57,969 nucleotides of DNA from Toensbergia leucococca (taxonomy: Eukaryota): the NCBI GenBank assembly GCA_022813965.1, contig JALDZS010000026.1, positions 124,001 through 181,969 of the forward strand, given 5' to 3'. The first letter of the stretch is position 1, and each line of letters starts with the position of its first letter. Both the position numbers and the translations under genes were made by a program. Positions 24,898-37,740 of this stretch are shown here, piece by piece. Under the pieces are notes generated by a model. The model did not search any database. It saw only the letters and a list, made by a program, of their open reading frames with translations, and had not been told where the DNA came from.

Positions 24898-25828
24898 CTT
24901 GGAGGCTTCTTAAAGCTGCGGCAGTGTCTGGATTAATCCCAAGCTGGATTTGGATGTGGTTGGAGGATTATCTACATACCAAGTCAGATTCTTTTTCTGC
25001 CGTCCTCAGTACTGTTATTAACCAAAATATCTTTTCCGGGCCCACCTATCTGCTTGCTGTCGCGACATGAGATTGGGAGCTTTAAGCGGCGGAAGGATTA
25101 GATCATGATGGCCATTGCAAGACCTATGTGATGGGCTTGAAAGCAGGTGCAGAGCCTTGGAGCGGTGCAGTATGTTTGAGTTCGATGAGAACAGTAATTT
25201 CAGCCGAAAATTGAGCTCAGCAGCTTAAATAATGTTTACAGCTCCGGATATTCGTACTTGAAGGAATGATCAATTGTTGGATGTTTGATGTTTGCCGGAG
25301 CTCGGTCTACTGACTCCGGTACTATTACCGCTCCCGCATGTGGGGTTCGGCCAACCCCTGCAATATAATAATATTACAATGACTACGTACTTCATTCGAG
25401 CCCCTTTACCCTCTTCGCCGCCTCCGCTCCTTGGAACAGTGATTGAAAAGCAGATCCACCGGCGATGCGCAGGACTGAGGCTATGGTGCACGACCGAGAG
25501 AGGTACAAAGCTCGCGTTTTTGAAACGCAGTATACATTACCTATTCCAAACATTCTTTACGCAACATATTCTCCCAGCGCATGCTGTTGAATGGTTGCAG
25601 AGTGTGTTTTCTCTGTAATAGCAAACATGTCATGTCTGCTATGTTCCAAGAGTAATAGTTTTCTTTGTTTGAGGAAGGGGTACTAGGCAGATGGATTTTT
25701 CAGGCCAGTTTACCAATTAACAAAGTCTTTTCATAGGGTACAAGTCATGCTACGCTGCAACGGTGGTGTTTGATGAGTTCGTCTTTCAAATCCCAGTCCA
25801 GTCAAAAAATCCGAAAGCAAACAAATGA

Positions 25829-27971
25829 TCAACGTCGCTGGGTTTTCCCCATACCACGTTTCCCGGAGAACTATCAAGACAGGTTAGTGATAAAGCAATT
25901 AACTCCATGTATCTCATCAGCTTACCAAATGTTTAGGCAAAGCAGCGGTGGTATGTCTATCAGCTTCTCCTTGCCTTGCCATCCTGTTCATTTTTCGCTG
26001 GCCCACTTTTGCCATTCGATCAGCCTTACTGCGCGCTGTAAGATTCGTAATACCATCCTCTCTTCTATTGCTCTGACTCCTTGCTCTGCTCTTCGCTTCT
26101 TGCCCGTCTGTACTCAATGAAGTATCTACATCCATATCATCTTCAGTTGCTATCTTGCTCTTGAGCACAGTCCGTCCGCGAGACTGTGATCGAGCCCGAG
26201 CTGTAACAGCGGTGGTATCGAAGCCCAAGCGGTCCAAATGGTTTTCCATAGCAGATAGCTTCTTCCTCATTGCTGTTCGGGGTATCACTGCACGATTCTT
26301 CAAAGATTTCCTCATTCTCGCCTCATTCATGATAAGCTGCCGCTTTTTCCTAATGAGGTCCGCCTTCATGCGGATATTCGCATCTTCTGCGTCTTCAAGG
26401 CTGTCGTCGGACTGATAATATCCCTCTGCATCTAGCTTTTCTTCCTCTTCCTCCAAAGCTTCGAGCTTTGACTCAATGTCCGGATCAATGAAGTCGTAAA
26501 CATTTTTTCCATCGAATACCTCAGGGACTCTATCATGTTTCCAGTCATCACTTTCAAGCATATATTTCTGCTTAAGATCAACGTTATAAACGCCAGCTCC
26601 GCCATTCTCCTCTTCAATATCCCTTGCCAGTTTCGGCCCGTCTGGATCTTCCCGGTTGAATTTCCTTAGTTGCTTGACAGCTTCAGGAATGTATGGTTCT
26701 CTTGTGACGCCTCCAAGTGGTTGTGCGACATGAATCCGTGTAAGTACATCGCCCAGTCTTCCTCCAATTGCTCCACCACTATTAGACCCTGCTTTAAGCT
26801 TTTGCGCAACGCGATCTGCAATGAGTCGCTCGCACGCAGCGTTCTTCACTTCATTCACACCTTCTGTGGTTGTGCAAGATAATTGTAAAAGCTCGACATC
26901 CCCAGGTTTGAGTAAAGAGTCCAGCTTCTCCTTCGTCTCGGAATCGAGATCTTCTGGCCGCATGACATCGATTTTGTTTATCACAATAAACACGAGCTTA
27001 TTAGCAAAAAGCGGCTTGATGCTTTGGAATAGCTGTATTTGTGCCTGCACAGAGTAACCGCATTGCTCGGAGAGGTCCATGAAATACAATATGGCGGAAC
27101 GAAGATGTGCTATCGCAGTGATTGACTGCATCTCAATTGTATTCATCTCCTCCAACGGATGATCGAGTATTCCAGGAGTGTCTATAGCTTGAAATCGCAA
27201 ATACTTGTAGTCGAAATGTCCAACAAACAAGCTCTTGGTCGTGAAAGCATAGGGTTGAACATCGACATCGGCTCTCGTGACGCTTCTGAGGAAGCTCGAC
27301 TTTCCGACATTTGGGTAACCGCATATGAGCAATGTCCTGGTGTTTGGATCGATTGACGGTAAACGACCAAGATGCTGGCGTACCTGCTCGAGGTATACGA
27401 GAGGATCCTTGAGTCGTCTACAGATAGTTGCCATACGCCCAAGCGCTGCCCGTTTGAGCTGCTTGCATTGGAAAAGGGACTGCCCATATTTCAACAAACG
27501 AACGTAGTCCCGGGACACGGTCTCTATCAAATGTTTTGCAGTGGAGAGTTGACCCAGAGCTATATGGAAATGGTCGGCGTCATATAGAGTATTTAGAAGG
27601 TCCTTATCTTGAAATCTTTACGTCAGCTATCATCATTTTTTAGGGCTCCACGTAATTCTAGGAAGCTGCTCGGTCTTTGAAAGCTTACGAAACGGATGTA
27701 TGTCTTGCAAACGTGGAAATCCATCGAGGATAGCAGAGAGTTTCTCAGTAAATGTCTCTTGGGTATATTTGACCTTGCGAGTGTAAAATCCTTTAAGGAA
27801 TGTGAGCTACCCATACAGAAAGACCTGTTATTTGGATTCACCTCTGATTCTGCTAAGTGCAAATCCGGATCTGATCTGGGTCGGTAAACGTCGCTGTGTG
27901 CGGCTTAGGACGACATCAAGGAATTCTTGGCTTGTTGGTACAGGCTGTATCTCTTTCCAAGTTGTCTTCAT
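25829..27971 (-). CDS. NOG1: nucleolar GTP-binding protein Nog1
   Basis: [12 protein letters not shown]...[15 protein letters not shown]-loop [27 protein letters not shown]-terminus [17 protein letters not shown]. Confidence 0.97.
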
Positions 27972-28131
27972 TGTGGACGTGCACTAAAGAGTAAGATGTT
28001 GCAAATGTCGCAGGTAACAAAATTATTGTGATGGTGGGGGGCAATTTCATCGAGCACCGAACCGAGAAATTTCCTCGGTCAATGTTAAACCTCGATTCTT
28101 TCCAAGTGGAAATCAGAATTGGATGATTGAA

Positions 28132-28765
28132 ATGGCATCAATTGCAACGCTGCCTCGTCTATCTCGTGAGCGCCTTTCGTCCTTCCTTCTCTCTCACAGT
28201 CCTCCATCAATTGCCATTGTCGACGTTCGCGACGAAGATTATGTAGGTGGTCACATCAGTACATCATTCCACGTACCATCTTCGAGCCTAGACTATCGCA
28301 TCCCTGAAATTGTTCGGACCTTTGCAAGCAAGGAGATTGTGGTCTTTCACTGTGCTTTGAGTCAGCAGAGGGGCCCAAGTGCGGCGCTGAGATATCTTAG
28401 GGAGAGGGAAAAGAAAGTGAAGAAGCACGAGATCTCAACGATGATCAATGAGGATCAAAATCTTGGGCCCGCAGAGGGTGTTTTACAACGAGGTTCAGAA
28501 AGGGGCGACTGGGCAGCAAAGCAGGACTACACTGGCTCACCCGTAGAAGGAAGCCTCAAAGGGCAGGAGATCTACGTTCTCGACGGAGGCTTCGTAAGAT
28601 GGCAAGAGAAGTACTGCTCTCCACGTATCAATTGCACCGACTCTTCGAATAATGCCATTCAAACGTCTATTCCAATTCAAAGCTAAGTACGTCCGTGACA
28701 GATATGGCAGGGACGAGAGATTGACAAAAGCTTATGCGGCGGATCTATGGGCCGACTATTGCTAA
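28132..28765 (+). CDS. YCH1: Cdc25-like rhodanese phosphatase/arsenate reductase (Ych1/Ibp1)
   Basis: IVDVRDEDYVGGHI, active loop FHCALSQQRGPSAA, YVLDGGFVRWQEK/YGRDERLT; divergent from NOG1 across ~160 bp. Confidence 0.88.
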
Positions 28766-29058
28766 GTGTCCCTTGAGGTAATAGTCTAGGTATCAACGTC
28801 AAGTGCTTGACACGACCGGCAAAAGTTTGCAAAGAGTTCCGTATTCAGGTCCAATTCTTGTCAGTATTGACATTACCCTTGGGGAAATCCACTAATCGGT
28901 GCCCCCTCAACTACGAAGTCAGATCTGCTTGGAACGAACCACGGCCTAGTGGTGGGAGCAAGATTTTTAGTCCTAGACTCCGGGTCCAGTGTCGTATGTC
29001 CTGTTTCTGATTCAACTGCGCGTCACCATGCTTCTACGCTTCTACGCTAAGCTTGGGC

Positions 29059-29154
29059 TTAGGCTTAGGCTTAGGCTTAGGCTTAGGCTTAGGCTTAGGC
29101 TTAGGCTTAGGCTTAGGCTTAGGCTTAGGCTTAGGCTTAGGCTTAGGCTTAGGC
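29059..29154 (+). repeat. interstitial telomere-like microsatellite (TTAGGC)16
   Basis: 16 perfect TTAGGC units flanked by degenerate units (taagc ttgggc ... ttagtc). Confidence 0.97.
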
Positions 29155-29523
29155 TTAGTCTAACTTTACACACTTCAACGTCTGTGAGCAATAAAGTCCC
29201 CCTTGAACGTTCGTGCAGAATGGGGAGATTACAAATATGAATTCAAACACCTGAACGGTTTCAAGAATTACTGCGGAGCGGTAATTGAAAGTGAATAAAG
29301 GAAGCTCACAAGATACAGCAATTCTAAAACTCTACTCGTCTTGGAGATGGTCATGAAACTCGAGCTAGCAAACCAGATGGCGCTGCTGGCGTTGATGAGT
29401 CTGTTGGAAACAGGGTACTCTTAATGCAAAGAAACAACCAAATTCAATATGGTGAAATTATCAGATACGGCAACGGCGGAGCAAACTCATCCCTACCTAC
29501 TTTCCCTGGTTATGTTTACAATT

Positions 29524-30417
29524 TCAAAGTTTACTATCTATCCATTGTGGCTTCCTCTTTTCCACAAATGCCCTGATTCCTTCTTTCATGTTCTCTCCTC
29601 CCTCCATGCATGTAAACCATTCCTTTTCAAGTCTTTCCGTCCCCTCCTCCACCCCACAGCCATCCCAGCCCATCTTCAACCCCTCCCTCGAAATGATCAC
29701 GCTATCCGGACTATTGTCAGCTACTAGGCTGGCCATCTCCAAGGCCCTCTGCACCACATCTTCCCCAGCTTCCACTACCGCATTACAAAGACCCCACTCC
29801 CGCGCCTGCTCAGCTCCAATTACCCGCCCTGTCAATGCCATTTCCATTGCTCGTTGTCTCCCAACCGTCCTCACCAGCCGTGTCAAGCCCCCGGCCAGAG
29901 CGATGACACCCCGCTTTACCTCTGGCAAAGCAAACGTTGCGGCGGGCGAAGCAATCACCATGTCAGCGTTAATGATCATCTCACATCCACCGCCGAAACA
30001 GATGCCATTTACAGCGGCGATGATTGGCTTTTTCCCTGATCGCCGCGAGAGGCCCCCAAACCCCCCACTAGGCTCACTGGGCTCTGTCCTCCTAAGTTCG
30101 GAGGTGAAGTTGGTGGAGTTCCACTCTATGCACCAAGAATTACCACGTGCCAGTAAAGAGTACTAAACAAGTATTTTACCTTTGAGATCTGCACCTGCAC
30201 AGAAGGCACGGCCTTCGCCAGTTATCACCCCAACGCGAAGCGATGGTTCTGCGTCCAGCCAATTCCATATCGCATCAAGTTCACGATGGCCGGCTGAGTT
30301 GATACAGTTGAGTGAGGATGGTCGGGAGAGGGTGATGAGAAGGACGTGGGCAGCGGGAAAGGAGATTTTGGTAAAGGAGGTGGGTGGTATTTGGATGGAG
30401 AGTCTGGGAGATGTCAT
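29524..30417 (-). CDS. enoyl-CoA hydratase/isomerase (crotonase) family protein
   Basis: LITLSRPSSLNCIN, GRAFCAGADLK, KPIIAAVNGICFGGGCEM, FALPEVKRGV, EGIRAFVEKRKPQW; ends in SKL (possible PTS1). Confidence 0.92.
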
Positions 30418-31848
30418 TTTGACGAGCAAAAATAACTCGACATCTAAAGAAAATACAACCAAAACGTCAGGTACTAATTAAAGGTTCCGTACCTACGGAG
30501 TAGACATTAGAGTTCCGCATCACAAATGTGGGGAAAACCGAGGCTAGCGACAAAAGAACGATTATTAGCGCCTGCAATATGGTTCGAGGTTCGCATTGAT
30601 AGGGCACGGTATTTCGTGCCATTGGATCACATTTACCCGGAGGCAGCGACTCCCCACGCAACGAAAATCTAGGGCATAAGGTAGGTATTGTAGTGATTTC
30701 ATGCTGTTATGATGTGAACATAGGGGTATGACGCACTAATTACAGCGAACGAAGTGAGATGTACCGAATAAATTGGCAAATAAGATACTATCGGATCAAA
30801 AGATACTACTCGACTATGAGATATGGTTCCAAATCATGCTTTTGCGATTGTGGGACTTTTGATCTATAAGGTAGTAATGAGTAGAATGTTCCCTATTCTC
30901 CCTTCCTCCACCTTATATTCACTATCAAATAACTCTGCATCAATCAGAATGATGAGGGTGAGGCTTTACTTGATGAATCATATGCATAACAGGTCTGTAC
31001 ATACTCTTTAATTGATGAAAAGCCGAGCCCACCCACCAAAATCTTTCGAATAGAACCCCAAAATCCCCAACTACCACCCTGTCTTCGCCCCATTACCATT
31101 GTTTACATGATCTGGTCTACCAGGCATTGAACGTACCTGCCTATTGATGTATTCCTTTGAAACAAGTGGTTGAATAAGGAAGAAGGAAGATAATTTGGGG
31201 GTTCTATTCGAAAGTGTGTGTGGGGGGGCTAAAACTCGGTTACGTTCGGCTTTTTTTTCCACCGCGAGCCTGCCACGTGCCTGCTTATAAGACATGGTTC
31301 TAATTGGCTACAAAACGTCTGGCTACAAAACGTCGACTTTGCTTTGACTACCCCCCTGTCTTATATGACAATTTATTCGGTATGTTCTATGATTACATAA
31401 GGGCCGAGGCCCGACATTCAGCCTGAATCACGTGTTCTTCGATTCCTTCCTCCACACAGCTGCCCTCGTGCCTTCTTTATTTAGGGTTAGCTTGCGTTAT
31501 CCAATCATGATAATCGGAATCTAGGTTCTGAAACCCTGTTCTTAAAATATGTTCATGACTTGCGAAACAGGATATCATGCAATCGTTGTCCACCTATTGT
31601 CTAATCATTGCTGTCATACTTTCTTTACTGCTTCACTACTGGCATGCTATGAATAAACCCGGAGCGAGCAGTGCATACCTTTGATTCTTGTGAATACCTA
31701 CCTCTTCAGGTATTCGTACTTATGGCCCAGTCTCTCCCAAGCTGATTTACTGTACCTTGCAAACATCCCCTTCTGTCTGTTCCACCGGATCCTCGAAAAT
31801 TTTGTTCATACTTCTGATCTTGTGATAATTGTTACTTATATCCACATC

Positions 31849-32868
31849 ATGCGCTTAATAGCTATTGTCCCTTTGCTGTGTTCCTTCGTAGCTCTTGCTC
31901 TCTCCCTTCTCTGCATCTTCGCTGGGTCGAAGTGCGGATACTTGGAGAGCGCAGACATTCTGACAGTACATCCTTTTTCTTCGATGCCCTGCTGCGTCAT
32001 GGGCTGATGATGTGATAGCTCAATACATCAATGCTAGGGCATTCGATACTGGCTTCAAAGTCGTCTTCCTCTGTCTTGAATTTGATCGAGAATCACATCA
32101 AAGGGGACATCAACAATGTCGTCACCAACATGGCTAAGGAACTTAGCATCCATGATTTCTACAGCGTTCATATCCTTGGTTACTGCGAAGTCCGCCTGAC
32201 CGCAAAACTCGGAGGCTTTTGCTGATTCTGTTCCTTACAGGGTTACTACACTCCAGTGGCAATAGCCAATGGAACCGAGCACCGAAGCAAAAATGTCACG
32301 AAATGTTCTAATGGCACAGCTCTGTTCTATTTTGATCCTACATCCGTTATTCAGAACGAAATGAAGCCTGGAATAAATTTGACAGACCTGAAATGGCCCT
32401 CAGCGATCGAAGATGCAACACGGAAAGTAGAGGCTGCCACCAAAGCAATGTTCATTATCTACTGCGTTGGAGTTGGGACTGTCTGTCTCGCGGCCATTGG
32501 TGCCTTCTTCGGAGTAATAACGGAAGGGAGGCCGAGCGCGTTGGTGAACTCAATGCTTGATCTAGCAAGCTATACACTCGCATAAGGAGCATATGATAAT
32601 GTGCTGACTAGTCTGATAGCTGGCTTTTCTGACTTTGGGTGTTGCATCGGCGATAGCGAGTGCGATATCTGTGGAAGTAACGCATGTCATCAACCAGCAT
32701 GGCGATAGCGTTGGGATTGCGGCGTACAGAGGTATAATGTTCCTCGGAATGACATGGGCAGCAACGACTGTGATGCTACTAGCAGCGTGGGTGTGGATCT
32801 TCGAAGCTATCTCTCGGAGGAGGAAAGAAAGTGATGTCCTACAAAATAATAAGGAAGGTAGAATTTGA
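31849..32868 (+). CDS. SUR7/PalI-family tetraspan membrane protein, 4 exons
   Basis: Hydrophobic N-terminus LSLLCIFAGS, DFYSVHILGYCE/GYY (claudin-like G-x-C motif), three further TM segments including FLGMTWAAT. Confidence 0.85.
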
Positions 32869-33428
32869 GGATGGAGATAGTAAAATGTCCATTTTGCTGG
32901 CAAATGGCAAGTACTGCCTGAGCAATGACAATCATTTCCCATGCCCTTCAGGTGACGGTTTTTGAGTGACCGCAATGGCTTTTGCATAAAATCCCTCGAA
33001 CACATAGATCCACCGTGAGGAAGACCTCCCGCTAGGAATGCAGCGAGTGTACGAGTACCTTAAGGTACCTTACCTTACGAGCTTACCTATGCTGAATAGC
33101 TAGGCTGAAGCCAGACCCGATCAGTAGGTACTCGTACTCGTAGACTGCAATAAAAGTTTGGCACGTGGATAAACCCCTCCGCCCGAAAATTGCGGGGCAA
33201 TTTCTGTCGAATATCCGTACTCTAAGAGTACCTTGCCACCTGAGAGAGCGCTCAACACTAATGTAACTACCACCACACCGCCTTACTTCGTCGCTGTTTC
33301 TCGCTTTTTCAGATATTCTCTCGTGAGCTCAGATTCTTAACCAAAGCAGGTATTTATCTAATACAAGGCTCACCTATAGATACCATAAAATCAATTATTA
33401 ATTGGTCCCGTTCTCGCACGCCGGCATC

Positions 33429-34715
33429 ATGGGCAAAAAAGCGATTCACTTTGGTGGTGGGAACATCGGTCGTGGCTTCGTGGGTGAGAAATTACACGTC
33501 TCTGGCTTTGAGGTATTTTTCCCCTGGCTGCTTGCTTGGGGCACGGCTGATCAACCACTCACAGGTCGTTTTCGTTGATGTTATGGACAGCATAATCGAG
33601 CAATTGCAGAAGACGAAGACCTACACAGTCACTGAGATTGGTGGAGATGGCGAGCACGTCAACACTATTACCAATTACCGTGCCATCAACTCCAAAACTC
33701 ATGAAGCTGATGTTATCAAGGAGATTGAGACCGCAGATATTGTAAGATCCTCGCAGCTAAGGAAAATACAAATACCATTTTCCTAAGCACAAACTCTGTG
33801 TAGGTAACTTGTGCTGTCGGTCCTAACATCCTGAAATTCATTGCCCCCGTTATTGGAAAAGGTATCGATGGTCGGACGACGTCCGTTCCCCTTGCTGTCA
33901 TAGCTTGTGAGAATGCCATTGGTGCAACAGACACCCTGGCCAACTTCATCCGAGATCCCAAGAATACGCCCTCGGGCCGCCTCGAGACCATTTCCAAGCG
34001 TGCCCGCTTTGCCAACTCTGCCATCGACCGTATCGTTCCTGGTCAAGACCCCGACGCGGGCCTGAATGTGAAGATCGAGTCATTCTTTGAATGGGTTGTT
34101 GATCAGACCCCTTTTGACCACAATGAACACCCACAAATTGCTGCCATCAAATGGGTGGACGATCTGACTCCGTATATTGAGCGCAAGCTCTTTACTGTCA
34201 ATACGGGCCATGCCGCCGCCGCGTATTATGGACACAATAGGGGCAAACATACTATCCATGCGGCACTTGAGGACCCAGAAATCCGGGAAATTGTGCATGA
34301 ATCGTTGGCGGAGACCAGCCATTTGATTGTCCACAAACACGGGATAACTGCTGAGGACCAAAAGAAATATGTGGAGAAAATCATGACACGAATATCAAAT
34401 CCGTACTTGGAGGATGTGGTAGAGAGAGTAGGAAGAGCGCCGCTGCGGAAGTTGTCCCGGAAAGAGAGATTTGTAGGGCCGGCGTCGGAGTTGGCACACC
34501 GGGGGGACAAGATTACAGGATTGTTGGGGGCTATTGAGATGGCGTTTCGCTTTGTGGATGTGGAAGGAGATGCAGAGAGCGAGGAACTAGGTAAAATTCT
34601 GAAAGAGTTGGATCCGAAGGCGGTGGTGAAAAAGGTTTGTGGATTGGAGGAGGGAGAGCCATTGTTCAAGCTCGTCTTGGAAGTTGTTGAAAAGGTGCAG
34701 GGTGGAAAGAAGTGA
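33429..34715 (+). CDS. mpdA: mannitol-1-phosphate 5-dehydrogenase
   Basis: [75 protein letters not shown]. Confidence 0.96.
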
Positions 34716-35433
34716 GGAATGATAATGTGGTTCTGGGCCTTATCTCTCAGTCGCTCCAATGTCTTGTCCTCGACATTGCGGGGTACCTACTCAATGCTTC
34801 TATACATTGCCTACTAAGCTGCTGTTATGCTTCAGAATGAAAAGTAGTCAGTGGGCTCTGAGCGCTTTTGCTCTCATTCTGCATTTGTCCTACTTCCCTA
34901 TCGAGCTCAAGATCTCTCATGTTTTCTCCTATATTCTCAAATCTGTTCGTAAATTCAACAAGCTTCTTGGAAGCGCCAGCAACCTTTGTTTGCTCGGAAT
35001 GTTGTATAGACTCGCCGACTATATCGCCTCTCTCGAACAGGAAATAATGCCGAGGCGGTACGCAATCGGCAAACGCTTGGTGCCAAAGCAGTAGCAGTTG
35101 CAGGTGTTGAAGGTGAAATAGAATATGCACATTCTTGAGAGCGAACGACGGACCATCACCAAGTGGAAAACCGGAATGGCTGCTGCTTGGCCATCTGGAA
35201 CCACAAACAAGAAGGGAACATCGATCATGCCAATTACCGCGGGTGGCACTTTTATTTCGAATTTTAGAGCCACTTCTGCCTTTCTCCTTGGTTACCATTC
35301 ACAACAAGATTATTCACCCTCACCTTTTGATTAATTTCTCTACCGGCATAGCTGTCTCATTCGCCACCCTTCCATACCTTCCACGCTTGGTATCTCTGAC
35401 CAGCAAACACTCTAGGCTATCCGTCTAGGAATC

Positions 35434-36429
35434 ATGGCGTTTCAAGTATTAATCCCGCCTAGCATCCTAGATCCCACCGACTGGGAACCTAGCTTCGCAG
35501 AACCAAGCGGCAGGCTTCGGTACAAGACCTTCTGCGCCTTGGTCATGGAGCGTATCCGTAATGGCTACAGCAACGATTCCGAAGTTGCACGCTTCATCGC
35601 CATGGTGTGCACCAGTCACAATCGAGACTTTTTGTTTCTTGCAGGGCCGACGATCCCTGAGCTTATGCCTGGAGGGTAAGCTTTTGTAGCTATCAAACAA
35701 CGCTTCTCTCGAATTGGATACCCCCACTGAAAATTGCCGCTGTGTGATTTAGGCTCCCATCGGACTGCAATGACCAAGTGAGGCGAGTCGTCGACAGCGT
35801 TCACGAACAGCTGCGGAAGCAGTTCCTCTTACCAAGGGGATTAGAGAAGCTAAGCTCAAGCGTTGGTGATCTTAGCGAAGAAGACAGAGCGAAGATTGCA
35901 ACGCTGATGTTCGGCCCGCGTGGAGAAGAGGGAGCTACGGTGAGAATGAAAAGCCTTCTGAATTCGATGATAGAGATGGGATTCCCGCAAGCTGGTAAGA
36001 TAAGTCAATTTTCATCCGGTCTGCGATTTCGAGCGATATTGATGCGTACCTCTAGCCATGGAGGATGCAGAAAATCGTGGTGGCGTAGAGCTTGACGATT
36101 CAGGTTTACCAATGAATTTGCGAACGCCTGAAGCGTCGAACGCCGAGACTCCTCCTGCGCCTCCAGCTGGACTAAATACGAACCATCTGCGAGAGTTGCG
36201 TCCTCCAAACATTGAGAATCCGGATGGTAGTCTATTTCCGGGTCAAGTGGATACAACTCAGCCAGTAGAGGTGCACCCTCAGAGTCACACAGACGAGGAG
36301 GAGCAAGATGATCCCCCGACTGACCTTCTTGCCGAGGTGTCCACATCTCCAGACGATACCGACGACATGACTCATGGCATGATTATCATCAACGGGGAGA
36401 TCATTAGAGACACCGATCCTTTCTCATGA
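35434..36429 (+). CDS. hypothetical protein (3 exons, acidic disordered C-terminus)
   Basis: Three ORF segments join in frame via two canonical introns (gtaagc...ttag; gtaaga...ctag); no recognisable domain. Confidence 0.6.
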
Positions 36430-37740
36430 AAATAGTGAGTGCAATGGGCGTTGTTGTTTGTGGAGTGCTATGCTAAAGCGTCTTATGAAGTTCTGTTCAT
36501 ATCTCCTCGGCGTTGAAGGAGGACTAACGTTGGGATAGAAGAAATAATTATGGTACAGTATTTGTGGGTTTGGAGAACAATGGCTTGTTCTTCACAGTGG
36601 ACTCACTCTGACAGAAATACACTAATGCCGAACAGATGATTTAAAATGGTGCTGTTGGTAACACTTCTTGGTAACGTACAAAATGTTGTCTTGAAAGCTG
36701 TAGAGTAGATTATTTTATTATAAAAAAATTTCTTCTGGGGTACGGTTTTCTACTAAGTTGCTATAGAGACCGAGGGAACCATTGCTTTATTTGTGTCAAG
36801 ATTCGAGCACGTACTTCATAGTCATAACGGCATTTTCAGATGACGGAACACGATTGAAAGAACAAATGTTATTTTTTCTGAAATAGAACATATTTCTTCA
36901 CAACAGAACGTATTTCTTTAGAACTTATTTCTCTAAAACACATGACGTTACCTGATACCAAAATTTGGTTTCTTCAGGAGGGTGTCGGTGTATTAGTAGG
37001 CCCCTTTTATTGAGACTGCATGTACATCATCGAAGCGTAAGAGCTGACTCGGAAGTCGCAGTCATTTATGAGTGATATCACCCAAGTAGCTGGCCGTATG
37101 CACTGAAATCACATTACCCGCAGAGCATTCAATATGTTTCTAGCAAGCTGGATACGTTCGAACGTGGAATCCGTCATTGTCATACTCTAGCTCTTCACAG
37201 CGGATACCACTAGTCATCACACTCCGTGTATTTCGTAATATAGCGATTGGTGTTGAAACAATGCCGCATATATCAACACAGGCCGTTAGCAAAGGATGTA
37301 GAGACTGGCTCTCTGAAAGCTTTTGTGTAGTGGCTGGCTTAGCCAAAATTTCTTTGGCAGAATTTCGAAGGATTCGACGTCCTTCAGAGTCATAAAAGCG
37401 CATCGAAACATCTAATTTCTTGGGCTCACTAGTCGATACGTCGCTAGAGGCTTAACAAGATGAGTCTTGCCTGGTGTTAGAAAGGTGTGAGAGCATTATA
37501 TGTTCTTTGACGTAGTACACCGTAGTAGTGGTTCGACGTTGTGCACCCGTGTTGCTGTGGGAAATCTCCATTCGTATAAGGTAGCCCCTGAGTGCGAAAC
37601 CTTGTTAGTCACCCCACGGAGAGACATAAGGCTTCCCTTCTATCGTTGCTGACGGTGGTTCTGTCCGTCTCTCAAGTGGAGGGGGTTGCCGGCAAAGCTT
37701 CTGAAACAATTTCTGTTGAAGTTATCACAGGGCCCGCAAA

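Noticed and set aside
27608..27693. ATGATGA...CTGA (C/D box-like) in the NOG1 intron
   Set aside because: The boxes are only 3 nt apart and CTGA is part of the branch site GCTGAC; there is no room for a snoRNA.
28989..29240. ORF with a long (LR)n run
   Set aside because: Artefact of translating the TTAGGC microsatellite.
31304..31334. Short tandem duplication tggctacaaaacgtc x2 (also agaacNtatttct x3 near 36885-36933)
   Set aside because: Small local duplications with no further structure.
37140..37403. 87-aa minus-strand ORF in the intergenic region
   Set aside because: No recognisable motif or convincing splice context; length is compatible with chance.
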